Assembly (NCBI RefSeq): GCF_009914755.1
Contig: NC_060935.1
Source: the human T2T-CHM13v2.0 reference genome, Homo sapiens
Direction: 5' to 3' (one strand)
DNA length: 64,000 nt
Under the pieces are notes generated by a model. That model worked only from the letters and a program-made list of their open reading frames with translations. It ran no database searches and was not told the origin of the DNA. Made by a program: the position numbers and the translations under genes. Shown here in pieces: positions 51,898 to 64,000 of this stretch (its first letter is position 1; each line of letters begins with the position of its first letter).

Positions 51898-54800
51898 TGA
51901 TTAATGACTACGCTTCCTAAGACATCAAACTTCAAGGAGAAGGGATCCTGTTGGTTTTGCTCAACATTCTACTCCTAGGACCTAGCATAGCACTTGGTAT
52001 AAAGTAGACACTCAGGAAATATTTGTTAAGGAGTGAAAGACTGAATGAGAATGATCAGAAGATTGAATTATTCTAATTAAATGCATCAGAGGCCATCACT
52101 AGAACATGCAAGATAAAACAAAAAAGAAATCTGTGAAAGGAGGGAGAGGGATAAAACATGGGTAGGGAAGGTGGAAGTCTAGTTTTCCTTCTGGAGTTGT
52201 TATTGTGTGCATATTATTCTGTATACCATATATCATGTCCCATTCCCATCAAAAGACTTCCTGGAATACTGAGACAAACATTTCTTTTAAGAGGTTGTCT
52301 TAAAAGAATGACAATCTTTAAAAAAAAAAAAAAAAAACTAGTGGGAACTGGTTTTTGACTATGTTATTTTCACTGGGATGGTTAAAGAAGTAGTTGGGAA
52401 TTGAGAAACCAGGATTAGTCCTATCTAGCTAACAGCAGTATCCTTGGCCAAGTCACTTAATTCCCACTCCCCATTCACTGTCACTCTGTGAAAAGTACCA
52501 ATTAGACTGTTGGTGATTAACTTTTTTGGTGGTCATAGACCTCTTTGAAAATCCCATGAGAGCTATTTCCTGAAGTGCTTACAATGTTAGGGACTTAAAG
52601 GTTAAGAATCTTGGCCCCGATGATCTCTTTTAGTTCTAAAGTGGTCCAGGGCTTCTGAAATGAGTATTCTGCCTTTTGTAACATCCACACAATATACAGA
52701 TAAATACTAAAAAATTAAAATAAATTTTTTATACACACACGATGCACACATGCATGTGTGCTAAAATAGCTTCATATTTGAAATTTTTTAGTATTTTAAT
52801 TATGTAATCACAGTCTTAAATATAAAGACACAAAGACTAAATAGAATTAATCCGATATTGTGTTTCTTACAATAAAGTCTTTAAGAGAATATTTATGTAC
52901 AATGGAGTCAAAGGGAAATTAAATCCAACAACTACATATATTTCAGGAGCTCTGGACTATCACTGTGCAAATTCAACACCCTTACTTACAAATAGAAATG
53001 ACATCTATCAACAAATATTAGCCACAATTCCTTTAAATATTTTCATTTATATCATGTGATTTTATCAGAAACTACACCTATTTAGCTAAGTAGTGATTCT
53101 ATTTCAAATGTCCTACATTTCAAAATATATCCACAATAATTTAAGAGAGAGAGACCTCCTAACAATACATACACGGTTGGTTCAGTAACTCTTCTCTCTA
53201 AATGATTTAATCAGACTAAACTGGACCAGACTAACGTAAACTCTATTGACTCCAGGACATCACCTTTGCCAGCGTTCAACAAGGTTACGTTTACAAGTCT
53301 TCTTAGTCTGTGATTCACAAACTTACTCTAACTTTGTGACCTCGGCACACTAGAGCTGGTTATTCGCTTCAGTGGCCTGCCTGACTCACTTGGAGTACTT
53401 TTCTGCCAACTTGAAAAAATGGAAACACTTTGGAGTAATCTTGGTACTTGCATTTCTGACAGCAAACTCCTTTTTCTTTCAAATACTACATATGGTTTTT
53501 GTTCACAAGTCTCTTCCCAAATCTGCAGACCGTATTCCATTCTTATGTGTCTATCATCATTGCCTCCATTTCTCAATGCCCACTTACTGCTTAATCTCTT
53601 GGAATCTAGCTTCTGCCACTATCAAGTGATGCCCTGAAATTGTTCTTTCTATAATTACTAATGGCCTGGTTGGTTTTTAAAAAAAAAAAAAAAAAGTTTT
53701 TTTCTTAGTTCTGATTCTATAAATGATCATCTCCCTTCAGCAGCATATTATTTTGGTTATCCCATTTCTCAGTTTAACCAATGCCTTTTTTAGTGCCTAC
53801 AATATGTAAGATACTACTCATCTAGGAACCCCTAGAAATACAGAGATAAATATGACCCTTGCTGTTGTTGGTGAACTTTCACTAGTATACTTTAACACAA
53901 GCACAGCAACAGTGAGACGCTGTCTCTACAAACACACACACACAAAAAAACACACAAACAGAACATGATAAATGGGTGTGAGAAAGAGAAACAAATCCCT
54001 GGGGTTTGGAGAAACAGAGCCCTTGGGTGTTGTTTATATTATGTGATTTTACCAGAAACTATACCTATGTAGCTAAGTAGTGATTCTATTTCAAATGTCT
54101 AACATTTCCAAATATATCCACAATAATATTGGGGAGAGAGACCACCTAACAATGCTGTATATGAAAAGTTCATATAAAGTTTTAATTTAGAGGCTCGAGA
54201 AAGGCTTTTATGAAAGAGGTGGCATTTGAAGTTGGCCAGAAGATTCTAAAGAGGTTCAATACTCTCAACAATTTCACTAAGCAAAGGAACAGCATGAAAA
54301 AGGACAAAGTAGGAAATTCAAGACATGTTAAAGCAACTGGAGAAGGCAGATCACTTTTATTGGCATACAGCGTACTTATAATGCAGTTAGAGATAAGCCT
54401 GAAAAGGTAGGTTTGGATTACAGAGTAGAAAGTGCTGAATAATAAGTTGATATTTCTGTAAGCAATGAGAGACCTCTGAAAGTTTCTGTACTTTAGGAAG
54501 ACTTTTAACAATAAGTCAAAGAATAGATTACAAGAGAAGGAAAATCTGTTACAAGACTATTAGGAGATCTTTTCCAGTCAGTGGTACTGAGAGCCTAAAC
54601 TAGCAATAAAAATAAAATAGGAGTGGACATATGGGACACTTTGGAAACAGAATAGAATTTAGCAGCTGACTTGACCTGAAAACAAGGGAGAAGGAAGACT
54701 CAAAATATGATCCCCAGTCTTGCTGACTGAAAAATCAGTGTGCCAAATTAGACAGTAAAGAAGAAAACAGGTCGTTTGAGAAGCTGCTGCTTTCTGTCTT

Positions 54801-57800
54801 GAAATTTTTTAAGACTGAGGTGGTAGCAAGGCCAAAGGATTTTAGATTTTACTTGATCATATATTTGTTCATTCATTCATTCATTCAGGCAATGTTGATT
54901 TACTGCTTATCAGTGTGATATGAGTGTTCTATGAAGATATAAGTGTGATACAACAATGTTATATATGCTCCCAAATTATAGCCTCATGGGAGAGATAGAC
55001 TCCTTTTTAACTGTCTATGAATCTGATTGTGATGAATGCTATAAGAATGGTTAAAAAAAAAAAAACTACAGGAGCGCAGAGGAGGAAAGGACTAAATATG
55101 ACTGGGAAAAGCTGAGGCAAGCTTGAAAGATGTCATATTTGCTGGCCAGTGACTTGTTAGTAGGATTTGATGGTAAAGCAAAAGAGTAAAAACATTCCAG
55201 ACAGAGAACAGCTTAAATAAATAGATCATTTGGGGAAACCTATGTAACTGGGCTTTGTGGAGGCAAGAAAGGTTCAAGCTATGTTCCGTGAATAAACCTC
55301 GATACCATGCTAAAAATCCAGATTATGTTCTGAGGACAATGGGAAGCCATCAAACATTTCTGAGTAGAAGTGTCAAATAGTTCTATGTGCAGAGACATTC
55401 TGCTCAGGTTATGGAGCATCCACTGGGAAAAAAATTCTAGAGGAACTTAGGTCAGTTAATAAGTTATTGTATTAGAGCAGTAAGATCACTGAATAGACAA
55501 CGGAACGAGGCCACATAATGACAAAGATAGAAAATATAGAAGAGCGAGCAGGTTTGGCTAGGATGTGGTATGTGGAAATAATTCAATAGATTTTGATATC
55601 ATTGAACATTGAACTTGAGGTTCTTGCAAAACATCAAAGTGGATATATTCATTAAGCAAGCAGAAATACAGCTTTAACATTCTATGGAGAGGTTACAGCT
55701 AGGTGACAGCTAAATCAAATCCATAAAATGGAATTATGTAGCCCAGGGACAAGATATAAAACAAGATTTAATACTTAGCAAATGCAACTATTCAAAATAA
55801 GTAGTTAACACTACCTAATACTACAGAGCAGTCAAGGGAAATGAGAGAAAAGTCCATTGGACTGATTAATAAAATGTTAAATTAATTACAATGTCAACAC
55901 AGTCTCTATAATGTTTTAGAAATACTTATTTGACATGAATGAAAAAGTTAAGGTATGGAGGCACGGACTGCCTCAACTTCTTGCCCTTCCTTCAATAAAC
56001 TTACCTATATCCAAACGCACCCTTCCTTCCTTTTGTAGATAACATTTTTTTTTTTAAGTTCAAAGCCAATCCTTCCTCTCATGCACATCATTCTGCCCCA
56101 TCCAGTCTACTTTGGGAGAGGTGTGTGTGTGTGCATGTGCGTGTGCACGCACACACACTCACATGCATAAACTTACACAATACCAGACATTTAGTAGGAA
56201 CTCAATATTGATTACCTGAATCTACATGAGAATCATTAATAACACTCAAATTGAACTCTACCTTCAACTACTCTACTGATGCTGTTTTCTAGATGTCATT
56301 AATGACCTCAGGAACAAAACCAGGGGCCTTGTTTCTCTGAGTTCTCACCTTCCTTAACCTCTGTGCATTATTTGATGCTATCATCACTACCTCCCTCCTG
56401 GAATTCTTTGCTCTCTAAGCTTCCCTTGTCATTAAAATTTACTAGCTTTGCTTTGACTCTCTCCTTTTCTAAGTTATTTCTTCCAGTTGTCCCCTAAATA
56501 TAGATTCTCTTGAAAGCTCTCACCTTGCCTCTGTTCTCTCTTCTTAATTTCTCTCTGAAATATCATGAATTCCCACATCTTCAGTTACCATCTCTGTGCA
56601 AATGATTTTCAACCTTCTATCTTTAATCTTCTCAGTCCCACATTCACAAATACCCACTACTAGTCAAAGCATTTGACTATCTGGCCCCACACTCTCTCTC
56701 CAGCCTTATTTCTCACTCTGATCCTGCTTGGCTACTGCCAACACCTTTCAAGGACACTAAGCTATACAGTACCTAGAATTATACCAAATATTTTTTAAAA
56801 CTGTCCCTTTCACATGCAAGTACTGCATTAGTAGCCAACTATTCTCACAGCCAATCAGAAAGTTATAGAATATTAAAAATGTAAGGGATTTCTGAGATCA
56901 TTCTAGTGAAACCCCATCCCTCCCCTTATTTATAGATAAAGTATCGCCCAGAGAAGTGAAGTAAATGGTTTGGAATATAGTATCAAATTAGTGGCACAGC
57001 CAGAGAGAGAGAGAGAAGCAGATACAGAATTGGATCTCCTTTTGACTAACTCATATTGCTTCTGATAAGGAGTACAGAACTAAAAGGAGAAATGCCCTCA
57101 AAGTGCTTATTATCTAACTGGGGAGCTATAACACAAACGTATACCCCAATATTTATTTTTATTATATAAACTCAATGCATGAGGATGAAGTTCAGTTGAG
57201 ACCAATAAGGGAATGCTCCTTGGAGCAGATAAAGCTTAACTGGATTTGGAAACAGGTTAAGAATGAACTACAGAGACAGTAAGTATCTTTAAGCCTATTT
57301 CCCATAAATATTTTTAAAGTTTTTGGACAACAAAAAACAAGGAATGCATTCCACATGAGAAAGATGGATTGGTAATCTAATCCCCCACTTAGAATTCAGT
57401 ATGAATCCATGTGATATTATAAGATCTGATAGTAAATGAAGATAAGAGTTCATGGCAATATGATATTATCTCATAGAATCTTACTGTTCCTTGACTCCTC
57501 ATCCACAAAGACTGCTTCGTTTTCTTTTACCCTACTACTTAGTAGCCATGTGACCATGGGCAGGGTGTTCTACCTCTCTGAATCTCAGTTTCTTTCTATG
57601 TAAAATGGCGATGGTATATCATATAATTGGTTATTTATTCAGCTCCTTGTGCTCCAGACAGGCCAACCCATTTCCTTATCCCCCAGCCTCCATCAGCAAG
57701 AGTTTAAAAAGGGCATTGGAAATCCATGTGCTCTGAGGAAGTAAGACTGTCTGTCCTTCCATCTCTCTGTCAGCCTCTCCAATACCATTAGCAAAAGTGA

Positions 57801-59247
57801 AGTGGAAGCCCCAGATTGTGAGTGTCCCTTGCACAACCTTACCCTTTCCTCCCTTCAACATCATTTGCATTTTAACATGGACAGTCTTACAACTATCCAC
57901 ATTAAAAACTGTAAGGGCTAACATCATTATACTTTTACCTCTATTTTCAACAGTTCTCACAAGTAGTCAGAACTACCAGATTCTAATCCCCCTTCTCATT
58001 CTACCTCCCATTCACTCCCTATTCCTCTGTTTCTGAATTTTAAGGTTAGCCATCACCAAAATGACCTTTATCTCTAGCTCTTCTTAAAGGGTCTTTTTAC
58101 CTTTTATGCTTACTAAAGCCTAGTTTTTACCTGAGGACACTGTTCCCCAACAGCCTTCTCAGACAGAAAAATAAGCCCTTTTATTTTCTCTCCAATATTC
58201 CTCTCCCACCACTAGGCCTGAAAACTGGGCCTTGTCCCTCACTGCCACTTTCAGATTCTTCTACCTCTCTGTCTCTAAAAACCCCAAGTATTCAACCTCA
58301 TGCCATCAGACTACAGCATGTACCACCCTCTTTGTTGACATCATTTGCCTGTCTCTAAGTCACTCTCTCTCACTCCTTAAGACTTTAGCTTCAGGCTTAC
58401 CATAATTCTTTCCAGTGCTGCCAACTGCTGTAATTCTTACTGATTCCAATTTACATAAATGAGCATTTAAACACCTTGGCCATTCAGTTAATCGAATTCC
58501 TCTTCCGCAATGATCTTGTCTTCCATTCTACCTCAGCCATTCACCTCAATGATCATATCCTCCGGACTGGCATTACCAATTAACTGCAATCACTCCCTAA
58601 TTTAAATTTCAAACACTCTACTGTCTGACCATCAGCTCTTTTTCTCTAGTACCCCCAACCAACACTTCGAATTGTTCAATTTCACCAAAACCTCCACTGT
58701 TCCTACTACACTCCAGAGTACCTATTTCATGTTCTCACTTCTCGCTTTTCCCAGCTTTTAAAACTCCATGCCTGTTATTACAGTCGTTCCCTTGCCCTTG
58801 CTTACTTCATAGTACTTACTTGTCAACACGGAAAGCTGCTTAAAGCCAACTTTCTGACTATTCCAGACCGTACCCACACAGTTGAACGAGTTGACAGAAA
58901 AAAAACACCACCACAGAGCGTGGACTCATTTTGAATTCATGGCCGCTTACCTCAACTAGACCCTTAATACTGCCTAGATATTACACAACATTTCTCTAGT
59001 TCATACACTCTCTCATTCTGCTAGATTACTATTTCATATTTTCTTTGCTTTCTTCACCCTGTATCATCCTCTCCACCCTGAATTTCCTAGATGCTCTAAC
59101 TTCCTGTTTCACTCAAAAATACAGAACCAAACACAGATTTTCCACAAGCTCTCCAACTATAACCTGTGTGCACTGTGCACATATATTCTGCCTTGCTTTC
59201 TCTTACTATGGAGAAATCATCCATATTGCCATTAAATACCCCTCATT

Positions 59248-59574
59248 AGGCCAGGCATGGTGGCTCATGCCTGTAATCCTAGCACATTAAAAGGCTGAGG
59301 CAGGCGGATCACGAGGTCAGGAGATTGACACTACCCTGGCTAAGATGGTGAAACCTCGTCTCTACTAAAAATACAAAAAAATTAGCCAGGCGTGGTGGCA
59401 CACGACTGTAGTCCCAGCTACTCAGGAGGCTGAGGCAGGAGAATCACTTGAACCCGGGAGGTGGAGGTTGCAGTGGGCCAAGATCACTGCACTTGATCTT
59501 GCCAAGACCACTGTACTCCAGCCTGGGTGACAGAGCAAGAGTCCATCTTAAAAAAACAAAAAACAAACAAACAA
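59248..59574 (+). mobile_element. Alu (AluSc-like) with small internal duplication
   Basis: Alu consensus; TSD-like CCCTCATTA. Confidence 0.9.
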
Positions 59575-59790
59575 AATCCCTCATTAAACTCTATCTCCTC
59601 TTGTTTACACAAGAAAATCTCTCCAGCAATTCTCTCCTCCAGTTACTGCATCATAAAATTTTCCCTCACTACTCAATCTCGCTAATCAGCATAGAAACAA
59701 AGTATTATTTCTCTCATCTTAATCCCTCCAAATAGTGCTTCATTTCTCTGAGCTTCTTTATAGCAAAATTCACTGAAAGAGATGTCTATA

Positions 59791-60287
59791 TGTCAGAGGT
59801 GTTTGAACCAGAGCAACTCCATCTTGAATAGGGGCTGGGTAAAATAAGGCTGAAACCTGCTGGGCTGCATTCCCAGGAGATTAAGGCATTCTAAATCACA
59901 GGATGAGATAAGAGGTCGGCACAAGACAGGGGTCTTAAAGACCTTGCTGATAAAACAGCATGCGGTAAAGAAGCCAGCCAAATCCCACCAAAACCAAGAT
60001 AGTGACGGAGGTGACCTTTGGTTGTCCTTACTGCTACACTCCCTCAAGTACCATGGCAATCATGAATAATCCACCCCTTGTTTAGTATATAATCAAGAAA
60101 TAACCATAAAAATGGGCAAGCCGCAGCCCTTGGGGCTGCTCTGCCTATGGAGTAGCTAGCTATTCTTTATTCCTTTACTTAATAAACTTGCTTTCACTTT
60201 ACTCTATGGACTCACCCCGAATTCTTTCTTGAGCAAGATCTAAGAACCCTCTCTTGGGGTCTGGATCAGGACCCCTTTCCGGTAATA
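59791..60287 (+). mobile_element. MER41 (MER41A-like) ERV1 solo LTR with internal deletion
   Basis: Starts TGTCAGAGGTGTTTGAACCAGAGCAACTCCATCTTG, ends GGACCCCTTTCCGGTAATA; AATAAA at 60181; 4-bp TATA TSD (59787-59790 and 60288-60291). Confidence 0.88.
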
Positions 60288-60724
60288 TATATGCAGTGCT
60301 TCCAATTCCTCACTTCTCATTCTTTCCTAAATCCACTTCAGTCAGGCCTTTGCCTCCACCACACCAACAAAAATGCTTTTGTCAAGGTCATCAATAATCT
60401 CCACTTTGCTAAACCTGTTAATACTTCCTCCTCATCTATCAGCAGCATTTAACATAGTTGATCACACCTTCCTCCTTGAAACACTTTCCACACTTGACTT
60501 CCAGAACTCTATACTCTTACGGTTTTTCTCCTATTCCCTAGCCAATCCTCTCAGGTCTCCTGTAATGGTTCCATCTCACCTCCTTAACCTCATAACACTG
60601 GAGTGCCCCTAAACTCACTCTGCCCTTGAACTTATCTTCTCTACGTACTCCTCCTCTCCTTAATGATCTCATCCAGCCTCACAGTTCTCTGATGTGAAAA
60701 TACCGTCTAAAGTGTGATATTCTT

Positions 60725-60745
60725 ACACACACACGCACGCACCTG

Positions 60746-60784
<39 letters not shown>

Positions 60785-60792
60785 CACAACAC
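60725..60792. repeat. (CA)n/(CG)n alternating purine-pyrimidine microsatellite; also (CA)n at 44118-44160 and (TG)n..(CA)n at 56121-56160
   Basis: Direct reading. Confidence 0.9.
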
Positions 60793-61255
60793 ATACCACT
60801 GCTTAAAAACAAAAATGCAGGCTGGGGAAAGGGGACCGGCATCCTGTAATTGACAACAGTGCTAAAATGCAGAAAATGAAGTTACTGTTAAAATGCATAA
60901 GACATAAATTTAGAGCAAAAAACAAATATGTACGGGGCTAAGAAACAAAAGTAATTTTCTCAGGAAGACTTTCTAGATTATTCCCACTCTTCCTGGATAT
61001 ACGCCTCCCTCAGCACATTCATCTTTAATTCATACCTATTAAAAACTGGTTCTTTGCTAATGTTTTCAAGCAAATTTATGTTTTCTAGTTTGGTGAAATA
61101 CACAGACTCAATAAATATTTGTTTACCAAGAAATCTTTCTAAACTAAAATCAGAACTCTTTTAGAGATCAGCATTTACAACATATCCACTATATTAAAAA
61201 CAACAGCAATAAAAATAGTAGGCCAGATATATTCACACTAAAATAAGGAGATAAT

Positions 61256-64000
<2,745 letters not shown>

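Overview
Eukaryotic (human/primate) genomic DNA containing the middle of MTMR2 (myotubularin-related protein 2, a PI(3)P/PI(3,5)P2 3-phosphatase and the CMT4B1 gene), encoded on the minus strand. I traced ten consecutive coding exons by hand (exon 2 at 43571-43676 to exon 11 at 379-585). All have GT-AG boundaries and join into one frame covering the PH-GRAM domain and the catalytic HCSDGWDRT loop. Exon 1 and exons 12 onward lie outside the window, and exon numbers come from my recall of the gene model. The rest is repeat-rich intron: about 20 Alu/FLAM copies, a 5'-truncated L1PA4-like element with a 14-bp TSD, an older L1, a MER41 solo LTR, MLT1 LTRs, MER47C, MADE2 and many MIR/L2/L1M relics. 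Repeat subfamily names are by eye. I found no evidence for a new multi-gene system. The best second-look items are (i) a MIR-derived 73-nt cassette exon and an antisense-Alu exon in intron 2, each stopping the long ORF upstream of the strong-Kozak Met73; (ii) an exon-like unit only 50 nt from the weak exon 3 donor; and (iii) four short, locally templated duplications of non-repeat sequence, two of them inverted.
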